Positions 1 to 9,528 of a stretch of DNA of 64,000 nt are shown here, piece after piece. The translations under genes were made by a program, and so were the position numbers. The notes below the pieces were generated by a model, which ran no database searches, was not told the DNA's origin, and worked only from the letters and a program-made list of their open reading frames with translations. Every line of letters starts with the position of its first letter. Position 1 is the first letter of the stretch. The stretch spans positions 51,272 to 115,271 of IMG/VR virus record IMGVR_UViG_3300037067_006113. One strand, given 5' to 3'. Source of the stretch: a virus. Taxonomy: Duplodnaviria; Caudoviricetes.

Positions 1-952
1 ATTGGTAATCTCTTACTAATAATTCTTTACGTAATAATTTCTGCATAAATATATCGTCATCGTATGCATATTGTGTTGGAACAAGTTTTAATATCTCCAT
101 AGGATTATCTATATTTTTAACTGACATTTCATTATCAGGAAATGGCACGCTCTCAAGTACCTCGTCGCGACGATATTGTTCAGTAACTTCCTTAATTCTA
201 GCAACATAAAATATGTCCATTTCACGACTTGATAACTTATTGGCAATCTTTTTAATAATATCCATAATATTACCAATTTTAAGATCCTTATGACCAATGC
301 CAGCATGTTTATTAAGATAATCTTGCAGATCTTCTGAATCAAACAAACCACTTTCAATGGTTTTTTCTATTTGGTCGACGTTCTTACGAAATTCTGTCAT
401 GTCTATAGGTAAATTACCTTCATCGGCACTAGTACCTTGTTGATCTTCTGATTTTGAACTCTGACGTGGTTGTTTTTGATTTTGCGGTTCGTTTTCTTGA
501 TTTCCGTCTGTTGAGTCGTCTTCGCTATCTTCCGACTGTTCCTCGTCATTCTGTGACGTCTGGGACGGTTGTTGTTGAGGTTGTGCCTGTTTGGGTGGCT
601 GAAACATATTCAAAAACACTCGTAAAGCTTCCATTGGATCAAGTTTATTTAGTTCGAAAAACAGTTTAGATATTATAAAGTATCTAAAAAATCCTCGTAT
701 CTTATTATAAAAATCTACATTTTTCATTAAATCGCCAAGTTTAGTTAAGGTATAGAGACTTCTTACATCCTTAAATATCTCCCAGAAGCTCTTTAATAAT
801 CTTCTTTTACTGATTTTCTCTTTGAATAATGCATATGCGTCTTCAGCAAAGTCAGTAGCTAATGTCATATCTTTAACTTGGTTCATTTCGTCAACCATTT
901 GGAATATTTCATTTCTTTCTTCTTCAGTTAATTTGGATTTAGTTATTCTCAT
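1..952 (-). CDS. ViaA/VWA-like partner of MoxR ATPase, partial (runs off window edge)
   Basis: Not in ORF track; both ends translated by hand in one frame from ATG at 952: MRITKSKLTEEERNEIF...IFMQKLLRKELLVRDYQ, with an acidic/Gln-rich linker typical of proteins that continue into a VWA domain; MoxR ATPase nearby. The VWA domain itself lies outside the window. Confidence 0.55.
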   Translation of the reverse strand, partial: MRITKSKLTEEERNEIFQMVDEMNQVKDMTLATDFAEDAYALFKEKISKRRLLKSFWEIFKDVRSLYTLTKLGDLMKNVDFYNKIRGFFRYFIISKLFFELNKLDPMEALRVFLNMFQPPKQAQPQQQPSQTSQNDEEQSEDSEDDSTDGNQENEPQNQKQPRQSSKSEDQQGTSADEGNLPIDMTEFRKNVDQIEKTIESGLFDSEDLQDYLNKHAGIGHKDLKIGNIMDIIKKIANKLSSREMDIFYVARIKEVTEQYRRDEVLESVPFPDNEMSVKNIDNPMEILKLVPTQYAYDDDIFMQKLLRKELLVRDYQ

Positions 953-1229
953 TTGGTTTATCCCATTCTCCTAGACTGGATTTAAATTTACTTATACTCT
1001 TTCTTGACATTTCTTGGTGTTTTGTAAGTGCATCTTTGTATCCTTTTTCAAACTCAGAACCTATAAGGATTCCAAATTTCTCTGAGTCAAATAATGTTTC
1101 TATGTACATATGTCCTGTTGATTGAAAATAATCAAATGCTAATTTTCCTAATTTATAACTTCCTTCTATTAAGGAGTAATGTTCCTTCATTATTTTTTCA
1201 TGTAGTATTTTAGTTTTATTTTTACTCAT
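939..1229 (-). CDS. hypothetical protein
   Basis: ORF in co-oriented run; start moved to ATG 1229 (MSKNKTK). Confidence 0.6.
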   Translation of the reverse strand: MSKNKTKILHEKIMKEHYSLIEGSYKLGKLAFDYFQSTGHMYIETLFDSEKFGILIGSEFEKGYKDALTKHQEMSRKSISKFKSSLGEWDKPNENN

Positions 1230-1234
1230 ATAAT

Positions 1235-1675
1235 TTATGGATAAAATACATAACAATAATCGAAATATTCTCTTACTAATTTACCACTATCCTGATTATG
1301 CCAAGGCGGTACATAATTACAAATGCCAAACTTCCGTTTTGTATCTGCAAAATCACCTTTCCATTGTTTTAAAAACTCTTCCGTGGTCATATTATAGAAT
1401 TCACACCATTCTTTTGGCGCGAATACTTCAAACTCTTTCCTTTGAACGGGATTAATCATTATATACTTTTTATGATTTCTGAAGAACCAACTTTGGAATC
1501 CATATCCACAACCTAAATCTACAACTACCCAATCTTTAGGTATAAGTTTGGAAAGGTAATAATAGGTATCTGTGAAACCTAAAAATGATCCGTCAATATC
1601 ACCACTATTTGCTTCTAATATCTTAATTACCTGATCTTTATATTTCGTTTTTATTAGTGTTTTATACAAATCCAT
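1235..1675 (-). CDS. small class I SAM-dependent methyltransferase-like protein
   Basis: Motif I VVVDLGCGYG. Confidence 0.55.
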   Translation of the reverse strand: MDLYKTLIKTKYKDQVIKILEANSGDIDGSFLGFTDTYYYLSKLIPKDWVVVDLGCGYGFQSWFFRNHKKYIMINPVQRKEFEVFAPKEWCEFYNMTTEEFLKQWKGDFADTKRKFGICNYVPPWHNQDSGKLVREYFDYCYVFYP

Positions 1676-1679
1676 GCAA

Positions 1680-1925
1680 TTATTTCTTATTATTTTTTAG
1701 TAGATAATTAACTTGCCTTATATCTAGTCTGGATAATACATTTAATACTAAGTTAATAATATGTTGGAGTTTAATGTAAGGAGTTCTTCCTTCGTCCTCC
1801 ATATATATTAGAGATACAACTCTCTGTAGCCTTATATGTTTCTTTTTATTAAACATATAGTAAGTGACTGCAACTCCAAAAATATAACTTAATATGGCAA
1901 CTATACATATATAAATTATGTTCAT
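1680..1925 (-). CDS. hypothetical membrane protein
   Basis: N-terminal hydrophobic helix; AAGGAG SD. Confidence 0.6.
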   Translation of the reverse strand: MNIIYICIVAILSYIFGVAVTYYMFNKKKHIRLQRVVSLIYMEDEGRTPYIKLQHIINLVLNVLSRLDIRQVNYLLKNNKK

Positions 1926-1945
1926 AATTATTCTCCTTTAATAAC

Positions 1946-2251
1946 TTATTTATACGATTGTCCATTCATTTTTATTGTCATTAGTTCTTGTGCAAGAAGT
2001 TCGGCTAAGTTGTTTAATTGTTGTGTATCTATATCCATTGTTAATATTCTATCTAGAAGTTTTGGCACTTCTATATTGAGCCAATCTATGATCTCAGGGT
2101 TAACTACTTTAATTTCCTCTCTTGTAATACCATCATCCAATATATTAGTATGAATTGTGCCAAACCTATTGATATAAGAATCAATAAAATAACACCGCAA
2201 ACTCTCTCTTATTATATATTTTTTAGTTCCGTCATTCATGTTTGTCTCCAA
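1946..2251 (-). CDS. hypothetical protein
   Basis: ORF in packed run. Confidence 0.6.
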   Translation of the reverse strand: METNMNDGTKKYIIRESLRCYFIDSYINRFGTIHTNILDDGITREEIKVVNPEIIDWLNIEVPKLLDRILTMDIDTQQLNNLAELLAQELMTIKMNGQSYK

Positions 2252-2507
2252 CTTTATCTATAAAAAAAATAGGATACTTAGACCTTACTTCTTCTATAGA
2301 TAGTTCGCTACCGAAAATGTAAACAGCTTTATTTATTTCTCCAGAATAAACAGTCTTATCTAATAAAGTAAACACTTCGGGATTTGTCAATGCTACCCCT
2401 ACCCTCGACATACCTATTTTGAAATCTTCTTCAGTAGGTTTTGGTACTACATTTCCTTTAAAGGAAGAGATTACAGTTATGGAAGTGTATGAATGATACT
2501 TTTTCAT
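2232..2507 (-). CDS. hypothetical protein
   Basis: AAGGAG SD, packed run. Confidence 0.65.
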   Translation of the reverse strand: MKKYHSYTSITVISSFKGNVVPKPTEEDFKIGMSRVGVALTNPEVFTLLDKTVYSGEINKAVYIFGSELSIEEVRSKYPIFFIDKVGDKHE

Positions 2508-2529
2508 ATTTTCTCCTTTAATTTTTCAA

Positions 2530-2862
2530 TCATAGTTGCCACCTCTTATTCTCCTTTAACTCGTTTTCTTTAAGAGGATCCAAAGCTACTGTATTCTTTT
2601 CTAATTCTAATAAATGAACAACAATTCCAGTACTTTCAATTATTTTTGTACCATAGTGTTCTATAACTCTCCAAGGTATGTCCTGACCTGTAAGCACTAA
2701 TACAAATACGCGTTTATCCTCTTTAGCTGTAGGGGTTACTAACGCCCACATATTAACAGATTCGTTTTGTATACCAAAATCGATAATATCTGCCCCCATG
2801 GGTAACCTAACTATTTCTGGTTCACTGTAATATCTTAAGTTATATTTATATATTTTTTTCAT
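2530..2862 (-). CDS. conserved phage hypothetical protein
   Basis: IYKY...LPMGADI...WALV...F...TGQ...HL pattern common in phage hypotheticals. Confidence 0.7.
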   Translation of the reverse strand: MKKIYKYNLRYYSEPEIVRLPMGADIIDFGIQNESVNMWALVTPTAKEDKRVFVLVLTGQDIPWRVIEHYGTKIIESTGIVVHLLELEKNTVALDPLKENELKENKRWQL

Positions 2863-2886
2863 TTTTCTTTGGTTTTCTATAATTTA

Positions 2887-3135
2887 TTATATTAGTTCTT
2901 TAGTGTAATCACCTAACGCTTTTAATATATATTTGGTAGCTTGTTTTCTTTCTTCCCCTTTAATATTGGCATAATGCAAACTATCTAATAAATAACGCAA
3001 CATTCCATTTGCTATAGTCTCAATCATTGGCTGATAGGTTTCTTCTTCCATTAATTTTATTTTTGCCTTTTCTTTTTTTTGATATTGTATGCTCTTAGAT
3101 TCTCTAGCAGAACCCCTTTTATATGTTTTTCTCAT
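2887..3135 (-). CDS. hypothetical protein
   Basis: Overlaps ATPase stop; AGGTGAGG SD. Confidence 0.6.
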   Translation of the reverse strand: MRKTYKRGSARESKSIQYQKKEKAKIKLMEEETYQPMIETIANGMLRYLLDSLHYANIKGEERKQATKYILKALGDYTKELI

Positions 3136-4367
3136 AGATCTATAACCTCACCTTCTATTGCCTCTGTTTTTCCATCTCCAAGTTTCTTTGTACTTGATCG
3201 TCTAAATAGTTTATCTCTATTAGTAGCAACTATTTCTTGCATACGTTGTAATAATTCATTTCTTTTATTTGTTGTTTTTGGTGTCGGACTATTCATTCTT
3301 TGGATTGATAAAATATCTTCACTAAGTTTACGCATTTTACTTAAGAATTCTTGGTCACTTAATGTGTCGAAATCTATTGGCATTTCGTTAATTTCCTTTT
3401 CAATTTCTTCCAAATCGAATAATACCTGTCTTTCTTCTTCAGCTTTACCTACACATTTCTCATACACAGCGTCAAATATTTCTTCCTCAATTCGTCTGTT
3501 AACAACACATAATATATATCGTAATTCTTCAAGATCAGAGTAAATAACTTCATCGCGACCATTAAGCAAAGCAGCCGCCTTTAAAACCTTTAAAGCTTTA
3601 TTAGCAGTTCGTGGGGATATATACTTTTTACTTTCTTTAGTAAATTCTTCAAGGAAATTATCAAACGTATCAATAATAGCTTTTGGAAATGTAACTGACT
3701 TTGGATCTTTGACTAAATTGGCACATTCTTTTAGTTTGGCTATAGTTAATATCTTATTTGGTATAAAGTCTGGTTGGTCAATATAATTTTGATAAATCTT
3801 AGTTCGGTCACCTTTAGCTGTGCTTGGAACTACGTCACATTTGAATACAATACGGTCAAGAATAGCTTGAGTGACTTCGTTTTCACGTTGGTAATTAGAG
3901 GTAACAATTGCTGTATGAAGTTTAGCTTTAACCTGTTGAGAACCTTTCATCCATGTTCTTTCATTCAATACACCTAATAAGGAACGTAGTAATACGTCAG
4001 AAGCGTCAAAAAACTCGTCTAGGAATGCAAAATCAGCGTCCAAAATTGAGTTATTAGTATTGTGAACAATATTTCCTTTTTTAAGTTCAATAATATTTAG
4101 AGGTCCAAAAACATACTCCTCAGTTGTCTGTTTTGTTAAATGAATTTGGAAAAGTGAGGCACCTTCAATTACCGAAAAAGCATTAGTTGCAAATAAACTC
4201 TTAGCAGTACCAGCAGGACCCATCATAAGCATATGTTCTTGTGTGAGTAATGCATACATTAACTGTTTAGTCTCGCGTTCACGGTCAACTAATCCAATAA
4301 CGTCACTATTAAATAAATCACTATCAAATAATTTAGTGGGAACTGTGGATTTCTTTTTCTTTTTCAT
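3132..4367 (-). CDS. MoxR/RavA-family AAA+ ATPase
   Basis: Walker A GPAGTAKS, EEYVFGP, Walker B FAFLDEFF, LLGVLNER, AILDRI, SPR motif. Confidence 0.9.
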   Translation of the reverse strand: MKKKKKSTVPTKLFDSDLFNSDVIGLVDRERETKQLMYALLTQEHMLMMGPAGTAKSLFATNAFSVIEGASLFQIHLTKQTTEEYVFGPLNIIELKKGNIVHNTNNSILDADFAFLDEFFDASDVLLRSLLGVLNERTWMKGSQQVKAKLHTAIVTSNYQRENEVTQAILDRIVFKCDVVPSTAKGDRTKIYQNYIDQPDFIPNKILTIAKLKECANLVKDPKSVTFPKAIIDTFDNFLEEFTKESKKYISPRTANKALKVLKAAALLNGRDEVIYSDLEELRYILCVVNRRIEEEIFDAVYEKCVGKAEEERQVLFDLEEIEKEINEMPIDFDTLSDQEFLSKMRKLSEDILSIQRMNSPTPKTTNKRNELLQRMQEIVATNRDKLFRRSSTKKLGDGKTEAIEGEVIDL

Positions 4368-4410
4368 AATTCTCCTATATCAGTATCAATTTAAATTTTC
4401 TTTATTAAAT

Positions 4411-4439
4411 ATTATATCATTTTTCAGGCAGAAAAACAA
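4411..4439 (-). promoter_or_regulatory. sigma70-type promoter (TTGTTT-17-TGaTATAAT)
   Basis: Extended -10 with 17-nt spacer upstream of ATPase. Confidence 0.55.
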
Positions 4440-4446
4440 CAGTATT

Positions 4447-5271
4447 TTACATGCAGTATGTTCTTGCCATCCAGTTTTCTATACCGCCATGGCTGATACT
4501 GAACATCATGGCTTGTATACTTGCCTCTGTATCAGTTCTTAGATCAATCTCCTCTAATCCCATTTGTTTTCTATGACCTAAAAAAGTAGCTAAATGATAT
4601 TGGCATACTCCTTTAGCTGCTCCACTGTCACCAACCACCTCGTCACGACCACCAGACTCATGATAAATAATACAATCCATTAGTCTTATATCCTCAACTC
4701 CATAGATAGACGCATATTTAGCAACTAAATCTTTAACTTCAGTTGGCAAATTCTTTTCTGCATTGTTTCTATTAGTTATTATTGATTGTTGGTGAGCGTA
4801 TATTGCTTCTTCTTTAGCTTTGGCTTCTAACTTAGAATTTAGTTCTAATATTTTATCTTTTAATTCTTGAATTTCTTTATCTTTATCTTTGATAAATCCT
4901 TCCTGAACTTTAATTACTTTAATTTGGTTTTCTGACTTATAAGTTGCTATGTATTCATATCTAAATTGAAAAAGTACAATACTTATTGTAACTACTAAAT
5001 AGATAAAAGTTACTATTAAGACATAATATCCGCTAACCTCACTTTCCCCAAACCTTTGTATTCTATCCTTAATTTGTTTAATAGTGTATTTAGTTTTCTT
5101 ATATAACCAAAGTATAAAAAGTACAACTTTAGTAAGAAACTTAAATATCAATATCAATACTTTCTCTACTATCTTCTTTATTATCCTTAATGTTGCTAAA
5201 AATAAACCTTTAATTATTCGGCCTATTCTTCGCCAATTTATTCGTATAAGTGGATCTTCTGCCTTTTTCAT
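4447..5271 (-). CDS. membrane-anchored lytic transglycosylase (SLT/lysozyme-like) with coiled coil
   Basis: Two hydrophobic segments, coiled coil, then IIYHESGG...GDSGAAKGVCQY...TF...W catalytic pattern. Confidence 0.75.
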   Translation of the reverse strand: MKKAEDPLIRINWRRIGRIIKGLFLATLRIIKKIVEKVLILIFKFLTKVVLFILWLYKKTKYTIKQIKDRIQRFGESEVSGYYVLIVTFIYLVVTISIVLFQFRYEYIATYKSENQIKVIKVQEGFIKDKDKEIQELKDKILELNSKLEAKAKEEAIYAHQQSIITNRNNAEKNLPTEVKDLVAKYASIYGVEDIRLMDCIIYHESGGRDEVVGDSGAAKGVCQYHLATFLGHRKQMGLEEIDLRTDTEASIQAMMFSISHGGIENWMARTYCM

Positions 5272-5276
5272 ATAAT

Positions 5277-5495
5277 TTATGCTCCTCGTTTTTTAGCCAA
5301 TAACATTTTGTCAATAATTATACGAGCGTATTCCATGCCACTTGTAGTGGCTAATTGAACAGTATCGTATTGGCAAGGTTCAAACCAAATATCTATACCG
5401 TTGTGTCCTTTTATACCAACTTGATATTTGTGACCTTTCTTTCTGACAATAATGTCATTACCTTTATAATTAAATAACTTTTCTTTTTCCATCAT
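5277..5495 (-). CDS. hypothetical protein
   Basis: packed run. Confidence 0.6.
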   Translation of the reverse strand: MMEKEKLFNYKGNDIIVRKKGHKYQVGIKGHNGIDIWFEPCQYDTVQLATTSGMEYARIIIDKMLLAKKRGA

Positions 5496-5667
5496 TATTA
5501 CCTATTAATTTTCTCAAAATTTCTTGACTTTCACATAATGTACATTCGGTTACTACTTCCACAATTCTCGCATTTGGGTTATATGTAATTTCAACACCAC
5601 CAGTTATTGGAATCTCCTTTCCATCTATTAGAACTCTGTAGTTTCTGAGTTTAGTAGTATATTTCAT
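5470..5667 (-). CDS. hypothetical protein
   Basis: ATGA overlap with upstream gene. Confidence 0.6.
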   Translation of the reverse strand: MKYTTKLRNYRVLIDGKEIPITGGVEITYNPNARIVEVVTECTLCESQEILRKLIGNNDGKRKVI

Positions 5668-6035
5668 ATTTTTATAGTAATTACTGCCTTAACTGGTTCT
5701 AATATAGGATCTGGAAAATTGTCATTCCAAATCATATAACCACCACCACGGTAAACATATTTATATGTGTCTTTTAAATATTTACTTACAGTATTGTTGG
5801 TATTAATATATGTTCCTTTTATATGTCTAATCGCCATACCTTTATCATTGTAAAGTAAAATTTTCTTTTTATCTTTAATGTCACTACACATACATAAATA
5901 TTTAGATGATGCACCTTTCACAACTGCTTTATGCAATTTATCCATAACAATCCATACATTTTTCTTATATATCGTTGTACCTTCAAGCTTATCTGCAATT
6001 ATATCTAATTCTTTTAATCTATCTTTATCATTCAT
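5664..6035 (-). CDS. hypothetical protein
   Basis: packed run. Confidence 0.6.
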   Translation of the reverse strand: MNDKDRLKELDIIADKLEGTTIYKKNVWIVMDKLHKAVVKGASSKYLCMCSDIKDKKKILLYNDKGMAIRHIKGTYINTNNTVSKYLKDTYKYVYRGGGYMIWNDNFPDPILEPVKAVITIKI

Positions 6036-6036
6036 A

Positions 6037-6336
6037 TTAAAATACAGGTCTATAACCTTTTCTTTCTTTATCTGAAATTAATCTTTCCAATTCTCTCTCA
6101 GCATCGTATTTATCTTGAAAAATCAGTTCCATACGTTGACCTATTGTTCCAATTAAACCCCAACGTCTTACTAGAATATATGAAGTAATATTTCCTTTTT
6201 TGTCTTCTTGGATATCAGCAGCCCAGAACTTATTATGTTCTTCTGATTTGTTCTCCCAATAAATTGGTCTTTTACTTGGTAATATTACCACCATACATTT
6301 TCCTAAATTTAACTCTTTATATAATGTACCATTCAT
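6037..6336 (-). CDS. WGR-domain protein
   Basis: HNKFW...LVRRWGLIGTIGQ...K.RKGY is the WGR signature. Confidence 0.8.
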   Translation of the reverse strand: MNGTLYKELNLGKCMVVILPSKRPIYWENKSEEHNKFWAADIQEDKKGNITSYILVRRWGLIGTIGQRMELIFQDKYDAERELERLISDKERKGYRPVF

Positions 6337-6587
6337 TATACTGCAAAATTACCTATATCACTGCGTACATGATCACAAAATAAGCATTCTCCTAATCCTT
6401 TTAATATATCTAATCGTGTCCATTTTCCACATCCACAATGACCGGCAACATAACGAACTATTTTTGCATTAGTTATACTAGGAGATAATTTCTTTACTTC
6501 TTCCAAAGCTTTAAAAGCTTCTTCTTCACTATGATATTCTCCAATCTCACCGTCATTATGTTTTATCCACCATACATATTTTCTCAT
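6336..6587 (-). CDS. hypothetical protein with C-terminal Cys/His cluster
   Basis: HCGCG...CLFCDH. Confidence 0.6.
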   Translation of the reverse strand: MRKYVWWIKHNDGEIGEYHSEEEAFKALEEVKKLSPSITNAKIVRYVAGHCGCGKWTRLDILKGLGECLFCDHVRSDIGNFAV

Positions 6588-6787
6588 TTTGCCTCACTCT
6601 CTATTGGTGTACATTGGTGACTTTCATGATATATTTTATAGGCACGTAACAGTTCAATAGACTTCTCATATTTATTAGATAGTTCTTGATATCTATTTAA
6701 TGCATATGTTCCTATACCTAACGTTCCAATTAGCACACCGAATAGGAAATACATAGTTGATACTAAAATTAACATTTTTATATTCAT
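6584..6787 (-). CDS. hypothetical membrane protein
   Basis: N-terminal TM helix; GGAGGT SD. Confidence 0.6.
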   Translation of the reverse strand: MNIKMLILVSTMYFLFGVLIGTLGIGTYALNRYQELSNKYEKSIELLRAYKIYHESHQCTPIESEAK

Positions 6788-6981
6788 AATTTTTTACCTC
6801 CTTTACTTTTAAAACAACCACCAAATCCTAAATATCCAAATTCGTCTATCGTCGCTACTATTGCGGCTATACCTACTAATACAGCTACTTCAAAGTTAAA
6901 GAAGTGCCTAACTACTAAAAGTACTGATATATTAAGTGGAAAACTTAAGTAACTTGCAACTATATATTTATTTATTTTCAT
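6784..6981 (-). CDS. hypothetical membrane protein
   Basis: two hydrophobic helices. Confidence 0.6.
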   Translation of the reverse strand: MKINKYIVASYLSFPLNISVLLVVRHFFNFEVAVLVGIAAIVATIDEFGYLGFGGCFKSKGGKKL

Positions 6982-6994
6982 ATTTTACCTTCTA

Positions 6995-7552
6995 TCATTC
7001 ATCAAAATTTGTACTAATTTCTTCTTCTTTAGATCCGTCTATTCCAAACTCTTCTTTTAATTTATTACCCCATGAATTGATTATTTTATTATTAATGTTA
7101 TCTATTTTGCTGTTCTCTTTCCAACACTTTGTAATTCTAGCCATTTTAGGTCTAACAGGATAAATCTTACATAAGTTGCCTTTTCCTAAGAAAATACATT
7201 TCCCTTCATTATAAGTTCTTCTAGCTGGAATAAATTTACCTGCTAAATCTTTAATATTTACTCCTACAGGTTTAAGAAAATAAATATTTCCAAATGGTTG
7301 CTTATCAATAGCATAATACTTATGTATCAATTCATTCGGTGTAAGTTTCAAGAATTTAGCAACTTTTTTTAATTCTGACAGAGTAGGTATACAAGATCTA
7401 CAATGGCAACAAAAACCACATTTAACACAATGATCTACTCCTCTCAAAGAGGCTGGTTTTAATCTCTTTCGCAGTGATTCTAATTTGTCATATGTTTCAT
7501 GTTGTAAACGTAATCCATCTGCTAGTGTAGATAATAAATTAAACATCTCCAT
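6995..7552 (-). CDS. YkgJ-family (CxxCxxCC) Fe-S/Zn cluster protein
   Basis: CVKCGFCC...CIFL...CKIYPVRP...C. Confidence 0.8.
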   Translation of the reverse strand: MEMFNLLSTLADGLRLQHETYDKLESLRKRLKPASLRGVDHCVKCGFCCHCRSCIPTLSELKKVAKFLKLTPNELIHKYYAIDKQPFGNIYFLKPVGVNIKDLAGKFIPARRTYNEGKCIFLGKGNLCKIYPVRPKMARITKCWKENSKIDNINNKIINSWGNKLKEEFGIDGSKEEEISTNFDE

Positions 7553-7970
7553 TTAAATCCACCTCTTTTTCTCTTTCAAACCAGGCATCTGGCAAATTTA
7601 ATTCTAAAAACTGACCTGCCTTATTAAAATCTCTATATATCCATTTCAATATTACATTTCTCGGTGTCTTATTTGATATTTGATCTCTTAAAGTCTTTAG
7701 TCTTTCAAGTTTACCGAGCCATACGCGATTAATCATATTAACTGCTAATTTACTATCCGAAAACACACATGCTACGTCTGTTTTTATATTCTGGTTTATC
7801 CAATCATATGCTTTTTCAATAGCTATGAACTCAGCTTCATTATTTGTATGGTCACCAATATTTTCATGAATAATGACCTCATTTTCATATACTACGCATA
7901 TTCTCGCGCTTTGATTTGCTTTTCCATTGTTATATGCTCCACCATCTACATAAAGTGTATGTATTTTCAT
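7539..7970 (-). CDS. rnhA: ribonuclease H (RNase HI-like)
   Basis: LYVDGG, TNNEAEF, FSDSKL, WIYRDFN. Confidence 0.85.
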   Translation of the reverse strand: MKIHTLYVDGGAYNNGKANQSARICVVYENEVIIHENIGDHTNNEAEFIAIEKAYDWINQNIKTDVACVFSDSKLAVNMINRVWLGKLERLKTLRDQISNKTPRNVILKWIYRDFNKAGQFLELNLPDAWFEREKEVDLNGDV

Positions 7971-8515
7971 GATTTATTTTCTTTCTTATGCTTTTCCATA
8001 TATATTTTATGATATCTTTTATTTGCTTCTCTTTTTTTATTTCTCCAATTTTCATCATTTTCCCACTTATTGTGATAATAATTTCTCATATAAATCTTTC
8101 TTCCTGGAAGGAAATGGTACCACCATTTTCTATAGCATTTTATGCACATTCCTCTAGATCTGTCTTTCTTCTTTGTTATATCTTTATGGCAAACACTGCA
8201 CTCTTTAGGATATAAAACACTTCTTATACTATTTTTAGTTCTGTTTTTTCTGGTCAAATAGTTCTTACAGGCAACACAATATCCGCGTGAATGATTATTT
8301 TCAGTAAGTGGTCTATTACATGTTTTACAATTTTTACCAAGCCAGGAACTCATATCATGAGGAGATTTTACTCTCTCTGGTATTCCGCTCTTTTTAACAA
8401 TTTGTTCAACTCTTTGCCTACTTATGTTGTTTAACTTGCCAGTTTCAGCATATGATCGCGTTATTTTAAAATCAAATAATACTTTATTTCTATCGCATTT
8501 TATTTTATAAGTCAT
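7967..8515 (-). CDS. sigma70 region-4-like HTH plus two Cys4 zinc fingers
   Basis: SYAETG...ISRQRVEQI HTH; CKTC..RGYC..C and CSVC..RGMC..C; start taken at ATG 8515. Confidence 0.65.
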   Translation of the reverse strand: MTYKIKCDRNKVLFDFKITRSYAETGKLNNISRQRVEQIVKKSGIPERVKSPHDMSSWLGKNCKTCNRPLTENNHSRGYCVACKNYLTRKNRTKNSIRSVLYPKECSVCHKDITKKKDRSRGMCIKCYRKWWYHFLPGRKIYMRNYYHNKWENDENWRNKKREANKRYHKIYMEKHKKENKS

Positions 8516-8813
8516 ATCGTTTTTCTCTTTTCTTTCTATTAACCCAATCAGATATGTCAAACTCAGTTTCAAAATCCGATTGAGGTAACTTAGCTACAAA
8601 ATCGTATTTAAATGTATGGTGAAATCTTACGGCGGTTTCTCTATCAGTAACTGTCAACAATAGAGCTAAAGCAAGCTGTGAAGGTCCTGAACCGTGATAG
8701 CCCCATAAAAATCCATCAGGACTATGGTTAATAACCATCTGACTTCTAACAGGTGATAATTCCTTACCGTCTACTTTAACTATTTGTGTTTTATATGTTC
8801 CTTGTATTTTCAT
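8505..8813 (-). CDS. DUF6166-like protein
   Basis: NHSPDGFLWGYHGSGPSQLALALL...FK..FVAKLP. Confidence 0.75.
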   Translation of the reverse strand: MKIQGTYKTQIVKVDGKELSPVRSQMVINHSPDGFLWGYHGSGPSQLALALLLTVTDRETAVRFHHTFKYDFVAKLPQSDFETEFDISDWVNRKKREKRYDL

Positions 8814-9031
8814 TTAATATTAACAGTATTCCATAACCAACTTGCATAGGTTAATTTATTACAACCGTTACATCTTTCATTATCAGCTCCGTTTGCGTGT
8901 ATACCACAATCTTCTTTGCAATTACATATGGAAAGTTTTATTCTTGGATAGTTGTCTATAGTATAGAAATATCCTTCGTCTGTTTTTATTATTCTTGCTA
9001 ATATAAGTTCTTTACTATTCATGTTTTCCAT
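8810..9031 (-). CDS. hypothetical Cys-rich protein
   Basis: packed run. Confidence 0.55.
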   Translation of the reverse strand: MENMNSKELILARIIKTDEGYFYTIDNYPRIKLSICNCKEDCGIHANGADNERCNGCNKLTYASWLWNTVNIK

Positions 9032-9270
9032 TATTCGTTATCCTTTTTAGTAATATCCTCTCTCTTAAAACAATTAGTTTTTAATTCTCCCCATTGTTCT
9101 TTTCTTTCACTTTCACAATACCATTCTCCTACTCCTGGTATAGATTTTATCTGTACGTATCTATCAGGCATATAAAATAGATAACGGAATAAAACCACTA
9201 CACCAGTAACAATTACTATTGTTGTTATTATTGATACAATTATTGCTACGTTATTATTATCGTCGTGCAT
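9031..9270 (-). CDS. hypothetical membrane protein
   Basis: single TM; start at ATG 9270 after AAGGA. Confidence 0.6.
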   Translation of the reverse strand: MHDDNNNVAIIVSIITTIVIVTGVVVLFRYLFYMPDRYVQIKSIPGVGEWYCESERKEQWGELKTNCFKREDITKKDNE

Positions 9271-9280
9271 ATTATTTTCC

Positions 9281-9466
9281 TTATAAACGAACTTCATAAC
9301 AAGTTTTAAAAGTAGGTTTACCAATTCCCCATTCTTTGTATTGGTTACAAAATAGGCTTCTATCATTATAAAAGTCCCCACTATTTATTGGTGCCGATAT
9401 GGCAAGACAGACAGCCACACTAATTAGTATTACTATAAATACTATGAGTATCCAAGCTTCTTTCAT
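9281..9466 (-). CDS. hypothetical membrane protein
   Basis: signal/TM helix; GGAG SD. Confidence 0.55.
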   Translation of the reverse strand: MKEAWILIVFIVILISVAVCLAISAPINSGDFYNDRSLFCNQYKEWGIGKPTFKTCYEVRL

Positions 9467-9528
9467 ATTATCTCCATATAAATTTATTACTTTTCATTGT
9501 TAAATTTCCTATTAATTCTCCAAGCTTC

